A stretch of DNA of 63,697 nucleotides, counting the filler, from Theionarchaea archaeon (lineage in GTDB: Archaea > Methanobacteriota_B > Thermococci > Methanofastidiosales > SZ-28-30): the NCBI GenBank assembly GCA_018992565.1. It is 3 parts of 3 records of this genome, joined end to end, with 100 filler letters (N's around TTAATTAATTAA, not from the genome) between each part and the next. Parts side by side here need not be neighbours in the genome. Positions count along the whole stretch, not along the records: positions 35,966 to 63,697 come from JACVGW010000027.1; 2 more parts are not named here. The stretch is one strand, 5' to 3'. The stretch's first letter is position 1; every line of letters begins with the position of its first letter. The position numbers were made by a program, and so were the translations under genes. This document shows, piece after piece, positions 41,061 to 51,395 of this stretch. The notes under the pieces are model-generated. The model was not told the origin of the DNA. It saw only the letters and a program-made list of their open reading frames with translations, and ran no database searches.

Positions 41061-42115
41061 CCCAAAATCTCCTTGATAATGGTGAGTCCTTCTGGTAGTG
41101 CGTCCTCTTCTTTTGCTGCCTCCAAGTACCTTTTCAATTCCTCCTGGGGCGAGTACAACACTTCCTCTTCCTTAATCTCTTCAATCTCTTCTGCCATGGT
41201 GGAATCCTTCAGGGTGAAATGGAGTGCTTCCTGAGCCTTCTCTCGTATCAAGGTAAAGTTGATGTCTTTCCTGGTGGCAGGCTCCAGTTCCCCTCTCAGG
41301 GTCAGCCGCACAATCCTGTCCTGTAAATCCTTCAGCAAGGATACAGACTCTTCCATAATTTCAAATGCTGTCTTCCCTGTACAGGTATACTCAACATCTA
41401 TCATGTCCCTGCTGGGTATGGTGACAAAATCATAATCATCATCATATACCACAAATCCTTTTTTCTCATCTTTTTCATTAAAATCATATCGTTCAAGGGA
41501 GCCGGAGTACACCATGTTGGAGAGTGCTTGATGTCTGTGGATGTGGCCCAGCGCACAGTATGTATAGGGGGGCACCATTCCTGGCTTGACTGTTTCATCT
41601 ATGTACTCCATGAACCGTTCAGATCCCCAGACTGCTCCCTCTACCACCGCATGGAGCATCAGAATGTTTATTCGTCCCTCCTTAGGAGAGGGAATGTACT
41701 GCACAGGATCCTGGGAAAAGGGGACACCAGCAATAGTATAAGGTCCCACATCTTTCTGGAAGGGCTCCAGTCCTACATGGATGTATGGAATGTCCAGGTA
41801 CAGGGAGAGTGGGTTCTTCACACCTTTTGAACGAGGCGTTTCATGGTTCCCTGGAATCAGGAAGGTGTTGATGTTGTGACTGGATAGCTGCTTCAACTCA
41901 TCCTGGGCAAACTTGCGAATGAAGTTGGTGGGATTAACTCTGTCAAAGAGATCACCAGAAAACACAAAAGCATCAGGTCGTATCTCCAGAACCTGACTGA
42001 CCAGGTGGTCAAATGCATTACAGAAGTCCATCATCCTGACGTTGAGACCCGTTTCTGTGTCAATCCTCTGGTATCGCGTCACACCCAGATGAGCATCAGC
42101 TGCGTGCACAATCAT
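41057..42115 (-). CDS. mre11: Mre11 nuclease
   Basis: ADAHLG, SGDLFD, PGNHE, ALGHIH, YSGS; ATGA overlap with rad50. Confidence 0.93.
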   Translation of the reverse strand: MIVHAADAHLGVTRYQRIDTETGLNVRMMDFCNAFDHLVSQVLEIRPDAFVFSGDLFDRVNPTNFIRKFAQDELKQLSSHNINTFLIPGNHETPRSKGVKNPLSLYLDIPYIHVGLEPFQKDVGPYTIAGVPFSQDPVQYIPSPKEGRINILMLHAVVEGAVWGSERFMEYIDETVKPGMVPPYTYCALGHIHRHQALSNMVYSGSLERYDFNEKDEKKGFVVYDDDYDFVTIPSRDMIDVEYTCTGKTAFEIMEESVSLLKDLQDRIVRLTLRGELEPATRKDINFTLIREKAQEALHFTLKDSTMAEEIEEIKEEEVLYSPQEELKRYLEAAKEEDALPEGLTIIKEILG

Positions 42116-42277
42116 ACACTGGTTGCTCCAGAAACGTTATAAAGGTTACCACAAATGCATGATTCCCTTCAAAGTGTGATACTGACCTTTGGACTGTGGT
42201 AGTACGTGCAGTCTATCCTGTGTCCCTTTGAACCCCATCTCCTGCATCCCTCAGGAATCTACTTTTAAATTCTAGAA

Positions 42278-42351
42278 TTATCCACCGTAAATCGAAAATC
42301 CACAGAAGTAGACTGCGGTATTGGGTGAGTTACGTGACTAGGAGATTCCAT
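42278..42351. repeat. Dispersed repeat locus 3 (arm B) plus TAGGAGATTCCAT motif
   Basis: TTATCCACCGTAAATCGAA 42278-42296; TAGGAGATTCCAT 42339-42351. Confidence 0.8.
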
Positions 42352-42355
42352 ATCT

Positions 42356-44572
42356 TCAGGTGGCATGCGTGGGATCGATGCACTGCTTTTCCTTCTTCTT
42401 CCCTAGGATAATCAATGGAGCACCACACTCACATTTTTCGTTCAGGAACGTGATATTTCCTCTCTGAGGTAGAGGATATGATTTTGTACATTTTGGATAT
42501 CCTGAACAGCCCACAAATCTCTTTCCAGTTTTCTTGGAATAAATGAGTTTCAACTCCTTGCCGCATTCTGGACATACACCCACGATCTCCTGATTCTGTG
42601 CATGGCTTTCACATTCAGGGTTGAGGCAGTACTTTCTCCCACTGATCTTGACAATGGGTGCCCCGCACTGGCATACCTCTTCAGTTGGAGCAACTTTTCC
42701 CTTCTGAGGCAGCGGGTAGGAATGTGTGCACGTGGGATATCCTGAACAGCCCACAAACCGCTTCTTGGTCTTTCTTGAGCGAATGATTCTCAATTTCGCT
42801 CCACATTGAGGACATGTCCCCACCACGTTCTCCTGGTCCAGGGTCTCCTTCAGTCCCTCGTAGATGATTTTCCCAATTTCCCCTTCTTTTTCCTTGAATT
42901 TTTCAAAGATCTCAGTCAGTTCCTTCTGTGCTTCTGTGATAACCACATCTTTGTCTTTCTTTCCCTCATATATTTCGTCCATCTCTTTCTCGAAGTGCCT
43001 GGTCAGCCTCACTGAGACGATCTGGGGACAATCCTTGGTCAGAGCCTCCACAGTCTTCGTCCCGAGAGGAGTCACTTCCATCTGTTTTTCCCTGATGTAC
43101 CCTCTCTCATACAGGATGTCTATGATCTGAGCTCGAGTAGCCTTGGTACCTATCCCCAGCTTTTCCATCATCTTCACTGCTGAAGCAGGGTTGTACCGGG
43201 GAGGGGGTTTTGTCATTTTGCTCAATACTTGAGGTGTCACCTCCAGCTCTTCACCTTTCCTGAGTTCTGGAAGTGGCTCTTCTGAAATCTTCGCATACTC
43301 TCTGTAGTACCGCAGCCATCCTTCCTTCATTGTGACATTTCCCTGAGCATAAAAGGGGTGCTCCCCAACCGTGATTTCAACCTTTGTTGATTGGTATATT
43401 GAAGGATCAGCAAACCCTGCGAAAAATCGCTTCACAATGAGATCATACACTTTCTGCATCGGTGCAGTCAGTTTTGTGGGCTGCTCCCCTGTTGGGTGAA
43501 TTGCAGGATGTGCAGGATCATCCTTTCTTCCCTGAGTGGAGACGAGCCTGGTCTGCATCACCTCGGAGGCAAAGGTAGTATATTGGGAGTTCCCCGACAA
43601 TCCTTTCAATATCCGCTTGAAATCCAATTTCTCGGGCAACTTCTGGGATGCTGTTCGGGGATATGAGATTACTCCCATTTCGTACAGCCCCTGGGCCAGT
43701 TTCTGAGTGCTCTGAGGGGTGTACTTGAAATTCTTCCAGCATTCAGACTGCAGCAGCCCCAGGTCCATGGGGATGGGGGGGGCTCTCGTTCTCTTCTTCT
43801 GATCCAGATCAGTGACAACTCCCCTGTTGTTGAGACAATCCTGGTAGATCTTCTGAGCCTCTTCTTCGGTCTTGAGTCTCCGGGGGTATTTTGCCTGGAC
43901 TGTAATCCCATCCTTCTGGAATTCAATGAGTACCTCCCAGTAGGGCTCAGGTATAAAGTCAGCAATTTCCCGCTCCCTCTTATCCAGAAATACCAGGGTT
44001 GGGGTCTGTACTCTCCCTGCTGACAGCAACTTGAATTGTCCCACTGCTGTTTTCAGGGAACTGGACAGCGCCTTGGACACGTTCATACCCCATATCCAGT
44101 CCAGTTCATGGCGGGCCAATCCCGCATCTATCATGGCAACCCCGGGAGGTTCCAGGTTTTCAAACGCCCCGGCTAGTTCGGGGGCGGTCAGGGTGGAATA
44201 CTTCATTCTCTTGGACTGGGAAATATCCGCCTTGCAGGCGAATCGAAGAGCATTGTACCCGATAACTGATCCCTCCACATCATAATCACAGGCATTGACG
44301 AATTCATCTGCGTCCTTGGCCAGAGCCTGAAGGTTCTTCACATAGCTCTTGGCATAGGCCACATCAGTAGGGACCCATTCTACCTGGAAGACAGGATAGT
44401 CTCGAAATGGAACTGCATTTTTAAGATGATATAAATGGCCCACAGCAGGCGCAACCACGATATCTCCCACCACATAGTACGGAGCGTTATTTCGCTTCTT
44501 TTTCTCTGGTTTTCCCAGCGCACTGGCAATTTTCAGGGCAACCTTGGGTTTCTCTGCCACTATCAGGATCAT
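42356..44572 (-). CDS. topA: Type IA DNA topoisomerase with C-terminal Zn ribbons
   Basis: AEKP, CDYDVEG, SAGRVQTP, ISYPRT, GIGTKATR, repeated CPxC..FVGCSGYP.C. Confidence 0.95.
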   Translation of the reverse strand: MILIVAEKPKVALKIASALGKPEKKKRNNAPYYVVGDIVVAPAVGHLYHLKNAVPFRDYPVFQVEWVPTDVAYAKSYVKNLQALAKDADEFVNACDYDVEGSVIGYNALRFACKADISQSKRMKYSTLTAPELAGAFENLEPPGVAMIDAGLARHELDWIWGMNVSKALSSSLKTAVGQFKLLSAGRVQTPTLVFLDKREREIADFIPEPYWEVLIEFQKDGITVQAKYPRRLKTEEEAQKIYQDCLNNRGVVTDLDQKKRTRAPPIPMDLGLLQSECWKNFKYTPQSTQKLAQGLYEMGVISYPRTASQKLPEKLDFKRILKGLSGNSQYTTFASEVMQTRLVSTQGRKDDPAHPAIHPTGEQPTKLTAPMQKVYDLIVKRFFAGFADPSIYQSTKVEITVGEHPFYAQGNVTMKEGWLRYYREYAKISEEPLPELRKGEELEVTPQVLSKMTKPPPRYNPASAVKMMEKLGIGTKATRAQIIDILYERGYIREKQMEVTPLGTKTVEALTKDCPQIVSVRLTRHFEKEMDEIYEGKKDKDVVITEAQKELTEIFEKFKEKEGEIGKIIYEGLKETLDQENVVGTCPQCGAKLRIIRSRKTKKRFVGCSGYPTCTHSYPLPQKGKVAPTEEVCQCGAPIVKISGRKYCLNPECESHAQNQEIVGVCPECGKELKLIYSKKTGKRFVGCSGYPKCTKSYPLPQRGNITFLNEKCECGAPLIILGKKKEKQCIDPTHAT

Positions 44573-44677
44573 TACCTCCAAAGGAATAGGCCCTACTTAT
44601 AAAGGTTTGGAACCTGCAAGAGAAGAATCACAGGACACGGGAAAGATAACTCTTTTAAGGAAAGCTGAAAAGAGAGA

Positions 44678-45055
44678 ATGGTGACGAGTATGGATACCAT
44701 CAAGAAAGTATTCTGTGGAGGAGATGTCTCCTGTGTAGAAGAATGGGCCAAATCCATGCGCCTCTCTCAGGAACTTGTTTCCCATATCTATCAGACGCTG
44801 GTGGAGCCCAGGAACGCCTATCAGCATATTGAAGCCTTATATACCCTGTTTGAGAACGAGGAAAATGAAGACCTGAAGAACAAGGTCCGCATGGCGTTAA
44901 TCCGTGTGCAGCTATTCTCCCAGTACCACATGTTTGAAAAACCAGAATTCCGCGACGCTGGAGATATTGCCACCTCTCTTGAGAGAATGCTTTTTGGATA
45001 CAACCTGCTGGAAGGGAAGAAGCCCAAGAAGGAAGAAGAATCATCTGAGATGTAG
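44678..45055 (+). CDS. Hypothetical protein
   Basis: Helical 125-aa ORF after CTTTTAAG promoter-like motif. Confidence 0.7.
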   Translation: MVTSMDTIKKVFCGGDVSCVEEWAKSMRLSQELVSHIYQTLVEPRNAYQHIEALYTLFENEENEDLKNKVRMALIRVQLFSQYHMFEKPEFRDAGDIATSLERMLFGYNLLEGKKPKKEEESSEM

Positions 45056-45171
45056 GTGGTTACTGCCACGCCACCTGTAAGAGAGCAGCCTCGAAATACC
45101 AGCAAATGCTGTTTCCAGCACGCAATTTAATATATAACCTTTATAAAGTAGCAGGTCCTAGCTAACAGGCT

Positions 45172-46280
45172 ATGATCTTGCTCATGATCCTGGACGGCTG
45201 GGGAATCTCAGAAAGAGTGGAAGGCAATGCGATACGGCAGGCCAGAACCCCTGTCTACTGTGCTCTTCTTTCGAAATACCCTCACAGTCAACTGGGAGCA
45301 TCAGGAGAGGATGTCGGTCTCCCTGAAGGCCAGATGGGAAATTCTGAAGTAGGTCACATGAACCTGGGGGCAGGCAGGATTGTCTACCAGGACTACACTC
45401 GCATTAACAGGGCTATCAGGGATGGAACCTTCTTCAAGAAAGAGCCCCTGATAAAAGCTGTCAACTGGGTGAAAGACAGGGAATCGACACTCCATGTAAT
45501 GGGGCTGCTGTCAGATGGTGGAGTCCACAGCTCCATGGAGCATCTGGTTGCCCTGTTGAAGCTGGCAGCCAAGCACAACGTGCACACTGTGGTGCATCCC
45601 TTTCTGGATGGGAGAGATGTGCTGCCCAGGAGTGCTGAGACCTACATCCTGCAGGCACGGCAGAAAATGAAGGAATTACAGACAGGTACCATTGGCACTG
45701 TCATGGGCAGGTACTATGCCATGGATCGCGATAACAGATGGAGAAGGACCCAGAGGGCATATGAAGCATTGACAGGGATTGACGGGCTGACTGCTGACTC
45801 TCCAGAAGAGGCTATCAGAGAATCCTACCGCAAGGGGGAGACAGATGAGTTCGTACAGCCCACTATCATTGGTGAAACTATTGATGAGAGAGATTCTGTG
45901 ATTTTTTTCAATTTTCGTCCTGACAGGGCGCGTCAGCTGGCCAAGGCGTTTGTGGATGATCCTTTTCCCCACTTTGAGAGAGAAAAGCTGGATATATTCT
46001 TTGTCTGCATGACAGAATATGAAGATGACATTTCTGCCCCTGTGGTGTTTCATCCCCTCTCTCTCAAGAATACACTGGGGGAGGTTCTGAGTGCCCACCA
46101 CTTGAGGCAGCTGCGTATTGCAGAGACAGAGAAGTACTATCACGTCACCTACTTCTTCAATGGGGGAAAGGAAGAAGCCTTTGAAGGAGAAGACCGTATT
46201 CTGATTCCTTCACCAAAGGTGGCCACCTATGACATGCAGCCTGAGATGTCTGCCCACCAGGTGACAGCACGGGTCATAAC
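45172..46280 (+). CDS. gpmI: 2,3-bisphosphoglycerate-independent phosphoglycerate mutase (bacterial type), truncated at gap
   Basis: ILDGWG, GQMGNSEVGH, SDGGVHS, LDGRD, GRYYAMDRD, NFRPDR, AETEKY.HVTYFFNGG. Confidence 0.93.
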
Positions 46281-46380
46281 NNNNNNNNNNNNNNNNNNNN
46301 NNNNNNNNNNNNNNNNNNNNNNNNNNNNNNNNNNNNNNNNNNNNNNNNNNNNNNNNNNNNNNNNNNNNNNNNNNNNNNNN

Positions 46381-47130
46381 GTGTCTGGAGGAGCTCTGTG
46401 CATTCCTGCTGCCGTAGCCTCTACCTACTACTACGTGACTGCAATAGAAGGACAGACCATGACCCTGGAGTCATTTCTGACGCAGACAATGCCCACTCTC
46501 TTGAATGATTTCAGTAAAGTGTACATACTCATGGGTGTCCTGTTTCTGGGGATCTTTTTCTGGGAACGAAGGAGGCAGAGAACCTGGGCTGCAGCATGCT
46601 TCTCAGCGGGGGCTGTGACCTGGAGTGGTTCGCTTGTGGTGGCTTTCTACAATACCTACGACCTGTATCAGACATTCATGGAGATGTACAGCACCAGCAG
46701 AGATCTGATCATATCTCAGTTCCTGATCCCGGAAGTCCTCAGTAATACATCTCAAGTGCTGGTGGTTATCGGGCTCTTGCTGCTTGCCATAAGCTACCTA
46801 CAGAAACGTAACCTGCAGAGATGGGCAGGCAGGTTCTGGACCTTTGGAGGAGCATTTGGAGTTTTTCACGGGTTTGTGCGGCTCAGCCTGGACTCCAAGA
46901 TGATACAAAATGAGATGACAGGAGTACGGCAGTCCATCATGGAATTGACGCCATATACTACCACCTTCAAGGACATATCTCTGGTCATTGAGACCATGAA
47001 GGAGTTCTATGCAAAAGTGATGATTCCCACCTATCTGGAGGAATTCATGATGATAGCTGTGTTTTCAGCTATTACTGCTATTGGAGTTTACCTGTGGACC
47101 AAGAGATACCAGAAACGGGATACTGGATAG
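46381..47130 (+). CDS. Multi-pass membrane protein, 5' end in gap
   Basis: Hydrophobic helices unrelated to GpmI; fused to it in the ORF track only through Ns. Confidence 0.7.
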   Translation: MSGGALCIPAAVASTYYYVTAIEGQTMTLESFLTQTMPTLLNDFSKVYILMGVLFLGIFFWERRRQRTWAAACFSAGAVTWSGSLVVAFYNTYDLYQTFMEMYSTSRDLIISQFLIPEVLSNTSQVLVVIGLLLLAISYLQKRNLQRWAGRFWTFGGAFGVFHGFVRLSLDSKMIQNEMTGVRQSIMELTPYTTTFKDISLVIETMKEFYAKVMIPTYLEEFMMIAVFSAITAIGVYLWTKRYQKRDTG

Positions 47131-47205
47131 AATTAGAATCAGTCTGAGTTGACCAGGTTACAGCAAAAGTCACACGCGGTAGACCGGACTATCGCCTTTA
47201 ACTCC

Positions 47206-48330
47206 TCAACCCGGGCTACGTGGGTGAACCCTCACGAATTCTACTGCCAGAAACAGCCCTGCACCACCCAGCACTATCAGTGCTCCCGCAGGGTAGATCA
47301 TCCCCAGGGGAATGAACCCAAATGCGAAAGACCCTACTGTAATTCCCAGGTCGAACGAAGCAGTAAACCAGGCCAGCCCGCGTGCCCTGGCATCGTCACG
47401 AACCCTCTCCACCAGCAGTGCAGTCAATGAGGGGTACACGCTGCTGAACCCGACGCCATACAGAACACCTGACACCATCAGCATCCAGAAGGCCCTGGAC
47501 TGAGACAGCAGAGCCAGTGCCGCAGAAAGGACCAGCATCCCTGGCAGAATGATCCGGGTATGGCCAACCCTGTCTGAAATCCTTCCCAGTGGCAATCTCA
47601 CTGCTACCGACGCCAGAGCATAGGCGGTATAGTAAAGCCCGAAGTCAGGTATATTTTCTGCAAAAAAAGGTAGAAAGGCCACAATAGCCCCGAATGTAAT
47701 GGTACAGAGCATGATAATAACAGAAGGGAGGTACGTTCCTTCCAGAGATCCTCCTGTAGCCTGTTTTGGATGAACCAATGTCTCTCTCACTGTGAGGCAC
47801 AGTACGGAAGACAGGGCAGCCAGTGCCACCGTCATCAGGAACATCCCGCGAAAGAGATAGTGATCTGCCACCCATGTTCCTGCAGCAGGAGCTGCTGAGA
47901 GGGTGATCATTGCTGCCATTCCAAAGGCTCCAAAGGCTTCTCCCCTGCGAGAGGAAGGGGACATGTCAGCTATCATGGCAAGAGAAGCTGTGGTGAAAGC
48001 TGCAATCCCTGTTCCGTGGATGATTCTCACCAGAATGAGGGCAACCACATCTGAAGCCAGTCCATAGAGGGCTGAAGAAACCAGAACGAGGAAAACACCT
48101 GCCAGCAGCATTGGTCTTCTCCCTTTCCTGTCAGTAACTCTCCCGAAATAGGGACGAAACAGGACTGCAGATAGTGTCAGAATCCCCACCACAATCCCGG
48201 CTTCCTCCTGCGTTCCACCTATGTGCTGTACATACAGGGGAAGGGTTGGGAGCAATACATAAAAACTCGAGAAACACAGTGATATGGAAACTAACAGGAC
48301 AAGGAAGCTCCTGGTATAGAGAGACATCAC
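47206..48330 (-). CDS. MFS transporter
   Basis: GRVTDRKGRR and GRISDRVG motif A, ~12 TMs. Confidence 0.92.
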   Translation of the reverse strand: MMSLYTRSFLVLLVSISLCFSSFYVLLPTLPLYVQHIGGTQEEAGIVVGILTLSAVLFRPYFGRVTDRKGRRPMLLAGVFLVLVSSALYGLASDVVALILVRIIHGTGIAAFTTASLAMIADMSPSSRRGEAFGAFGMAAMITLSAAPAAGTWVADHYLFRGMFLMTVALAALSSVLCLTVRETLVHPKQATGGSLEGTYLPSVIIMLCTITFGAIVAFLPFFAENIPDFGLYYTAYALASVAVRLPLGRISDRVGHTRIILPGMLVLSAALALLSQSRAFWMLMVSGVLYGVGFSSVYPSLTALLVERVRDDARARGLAWFTASFDLGITVGSFAFGFIPLGMIYPAGALIVLGGAGLFLAVEFVRVHPRSPG

Positions 48331-48419
48331 CTCCCCTACAGGAAAGAGTATTAAACTGTTTCGGTTGAATAACTACTTCTGAAGGACAAAAACCCCTATT
48401 TCCTTTTCACAGACAGGGG

Positions 48420-49427
48420 CTAGTAGATCTGTGGTTCTTCTGATGCAATCACAAACATGTTGTCACCCTCTTCCAGGACGAAATCATGTCCAGGGTTGAC
48501 ACGTATGTCCATACTCGTATTCCCATCTTCATTAGTTGTCTTCCTTTCAACAGCAGCCAGGATGACACCTTCTTCTTCTATGAGCCTCTTCAAGGCCTGT
48601 GGAAACGATTCTCCCACAAATCTCCTGGGTACCAGAATCTTGTAGAACTCGTGGCCATAGTTATGAGTTACGAGTTCAGAAAACAACCGGGATAACCCAT
48701 GTTTCAATGAAGAGTGTACAATGAGGTTCTGGCTGAGACGCCCCAGGCATACGATTTCATCCACGCCTGCATGCCTGAGATGCTTCTCGTTCTCAGGGTG
48801 CTGCAGCTCCACACAGGTATAGACACTCCGGTTCAGTGATTCCACAGCCAAAGCAGTCAGAATAGCTCTGGCATCTGGATTGTCTGAATTCCTGTCCAGA
48901 GGAATGATTGCTGTATTGGCATTCATGATGCCTGCTCTTATGAGATCCCCATCTCGTGTAGGGTCTCCCTTCACGAACCCAATATCATCTCTTTCCAGGG
49001 GGTTCTTCTCCAGGTCTGCCAAAACGACAATCTTGCGCCTGGTCTTAATGTCCTTGCTGGTCAACTCTTCCAGCACTTTGGGAGTGCTGGATGTCCATCC
49101 ACATACAAGGATGTGGTCTTTCAATTTTACCTGTTTCATGATCCTGCCTCCAGACATCCTTCTCTCTACCAGATGGGCAGCGAATCCAGCAAAAAAGAAT
49201 CCCAGCAATACAAACCCTTCCACCACCAAGAGTGTCCCCACGGCCCGTCCCACGATAGTCTCGGGAATGATCTCAAACCCGCTGGATAAGAAAATTATTA
49301 TCCACCAGAAAGCCTCCGCTGGGGAATCGAGAATCTCGTTACTCCCTCTTTCAGAGAAATACAGGACAATACTCTCCACTAGAAAAAGAGTCACAAACCC
49401 AACTGCATACTTGTACCGTTCTTTCAT
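48420..49427 (-). CDS. 2-TM potassium-channel-family protein with RCK (TrkA-N) domain
   Basis: TM, pore helix FWWII, P.T.VGR, TM; DHILVCGW, VKGDPT, AGI..A, GVDEIV. Confidence 0.85.
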   Translation of the reverse strand: MKERYKYAVGFVTLFLVESIVLYFSERGSNEILDSPAEAFWWIIIFLSSGFEIIPETIVGRAVGTLLVVEGFVLLGFFFAGFAAHLVERRMSGGRIMKQVKLKDHILVCGWTSSTPKVLEELTSKDIKTRRKIVVLADLEKNPLERDDIGFVKGDPTRDGDLIRAGIMNANTAIIPLDRNSDNPDARAILTALAVESLNRSVYTCVELQHPENEKHLRHAGVDEIVCLGRLSQNLIVHSSLKHGLSRLFSELVTHNYGHEFYKILVPRRFVGESFPQALKRLIEEEGVILAAVERKTTNEDGNTSMDIRVNPGHDFVLEEGDNMFVIASEEPQIY

Positions 49428-49554
49428 ATGCCCATCCTCCTTCTGTATCCCGTCGACGTACTCGTCAATCTATATAAGACTTTCCCTCTTCTCACGAGAT
49501 AGGAAGAAAGAGAGTGGGAAGATAACCTTTTAAGTCACCATAAAAACCAGTACC

Positions 49555-49746
49555 ATGAGTGTTTCAGTAGATCCTGGACTGTGTTCGGGGTGTGGATTCT
49601 GTTCTTCTGCCTGCCCTCAGGGCGTGTTTGAAATGAAAGAGGGAATATCCCATGTCATCCATGAGGAGGAATGCCTGGAATGTCACCTGTGTGAGGTGAG
49701 TTGTGAGAATGGGGCCATCACGGTAAAGGACTCACGAATGACATGA
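49555..49746 (+). CDS. 2x[4Fe-4S] ferredoxin
   Basis: CSGCGFCSSACP and CLECHLCEVSC. Confidence 0.92.
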   Translation: MSVSVDPGLCSGCGFCSSACPQGVFEMKEGISHVIHEEECLECHLCEVSCENGAITVKDSRMT

Positions 49747-49756
49747 GTATCACCTG

Positions 49757-50449
49757 TTATAGAGTGACCTGTTCATTATCATGGGCGAAAATGTGAATGC
49801 CTTCAATCTGTCTCAGCCTGTCCAGGGATTCCAGAGCATCCACTGGGTTGAAGAGTACACCGACAATATTCCTTCTCTCCAGGTTTTCTCTCAGAGGTGC
49901 AATATCCCCACAGTAGATGTAGTCACACTCCCCGTGAACGAGCACTGACTGGTGTCCCGGGGTATGTCCTGGGGTGGAGATAATCTCTACGTCATCTGAA
50001 AAAGCGTAATCTCCCGTTATGGTAATGAAGTCCAGTCCCTCCAGGAACTCCTTAACGTAAGCCATTTTCTGGAACCTGTGGGGGTTGTATGCATACTGCA
50101 GCTCCGCTTTCTGCACGTAGGTTTTTGCATTTGGGAACAATCGGTTGTTGCCTGCGTGATCCATGTGTAGATGTGTATTGATGATAGCTGTGACCTCTTC
50201 GGGAGCAATGCCTATCTGCTTCAGGCTGGATGTGAGGGGCTGTGTTCTCTCTGTTTTATAATATTTCTTAAAGGACTCAGGTAGTTCACCGATGCCGCTG
50301 TCTACCAGGACTACTTCATCTCCTGTCTTAACCAGTAATGGCTTCAGTGCTGCCTTGTAAAGCTTCCCGTAATATAATGCTTTCCCGTATACCAGGAATC
50401 CCATATCCAGGAAGAAATAACCATCTGACAAAAGAATAACTTCAACCAT
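49757..50449 (-). CDS. MBL-fold hydrolase (AHL-lactonase family)
   Basis: THLHMDHAG, TPGHTPGHQS, GD, HD. Confidence 0.88.
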   Translation of the reverse strand: MVEVILLSDGYFFLDMGFLVYGKALYYGKLYKAALKPLLVKTGDEVVLVDSGIGELPESFKKYYKTERTQPLTSSLKQIGIAPEEVTAIINTHLHMDHAGNNRLFPNAKTYVQKAELQYAYNPHRFQKMAYVKEFLEGLDFITITGDYAFSDDVEIISTPGHTPGHQSVLVHGECDYIYCGDIAPLRENLERRNIVGVLFNPVDALESLDRLRQIEGIHIFAHDNEQVTL

Positions 50450-50453
50450 AGAA

Positions 50454-50975
50454 TCACCACTCAATGCCCTTCCGGGCCTGTGCACCATTCATGTATGGAT
50501 GCTTTATTTCCAAGACTTCACTGACATAATCTGCAATTTTCACCACTTCAGGAGGGCACTTCCTTCCTGTGAGGACTATTTCCACAGTCTCAGGCTTCTC
50601 CTTCAAGAGAGCATATACAACATCATGAGGAACCAGGTTAAAATCCATGGCCACATTGATTTCATCCAGAATGACCATGTCATAGTGCCCGCTGTAGATG
50701 ATGGCCCTGGCGTGTTCAAGTCCTTCCTGCGCCAGCCTGATATCCTCGGGATCTGGGTTCTCTTTGGACACGAAGTCCGGCCTGCCCACCTGTTTAATCT
50801 CGAAATTGGGTATCTGGTTTGCTGTCTCCAGTTCTCCGTAGTTTATCCTGCCTTTCATGAATTGGATCATGTAAACCTTCAGCCCATGACCTGCAGCTCT
50901 CATAGCCAGTCCCAGGGCTGCTGTAGTCTTTCCTTTCCCATTTCCAGTGTATACATGGATCATTCCCTTTTCCAT
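50454..50975 (-). CDS. cobO: Cob(I)yrinic acid a,c-diamide adenosyltransferase (CobO/BtuR)
   Basis: YTGNGKGKTTAALG, IQFMKG, ILDEI, LTGR, KHPY..G..ARKGIE. Confidence 0.93.
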   Translation of the reverse strand: MEKGMIHVYTGNGKGKTTAALGLAMRAAGHGLKVYMIQFMKGRINYGELETANQIPNFEIKQVGRPDFVSKENPDPEDIRLAQEGLEHARAIIYSGHYDMVILDEINVAMDFNLVPHDVVYALLKEKPETVEIVLTGRKCPPEVVKIADYVSEVLEIKHPYMNGAQARKGIEW

Positions 50976-51096
50976 GGGCTCTCTTTTGCTAACCGAATAA
51001 AAAGGTTTCGCAGGAGGGCGTAACCGTGGAGATTAGAGGACTGCAACCTGAAACTCAATGTGAACCCTTATAAACACACCTGGAGAGAAATGTACT

Positions 51097-51387
51097 ATGA
51101 GAAAACTTGTAGTGTGGCTGGCAAATATTGACTCCTCCCGGACCCGATCAGAGGGGAGAAAGATTTCCACAGGACTGGCTGTAAGAGACCCCACGCTTCC
51201 CGAGGTCCAGAAAGCAGCAGAGCATCTCAGTCTCGGCCCGGAATCAGAAGATGTCCAGTATCCCAAAGACCAGGGACATGAGACCAGAACACCGGGAAGA
51301 GTCCTGCTGGAAAAGCAGCACACCAAGCACAAAACCCTCAAGTTGCTCTGTGACGAGATTCGACGAATCCGCCAGGCTAAAGAGTAG
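51097..51387 (+). CDS. srp19: Signal recognition particle 19 kDa protein
   Basis: VWLANIDSSRTRSEGRKI...AV.DP, YPK, GRV. Confidence 0.9.
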   Translation: MRKLVVWLANIDSSRTRSEGRKISTGLAVRDPTLPEVQKAAEHLSLGPESEDVQYPKDQGHETRTPGRVLLEKQHTKHKTLKLLCDEIRRIRQAKE

Positions 51388-51395
51388 TCATACAA

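Noticed and set aside
45172..47130. 652-aa apparent GpmI-membrane protein fusion
   Set aside because: Produced by translating through the 100-N gap (46281-46380); the GpmI C-terminus is missing and the downstream part is an unrelated gene
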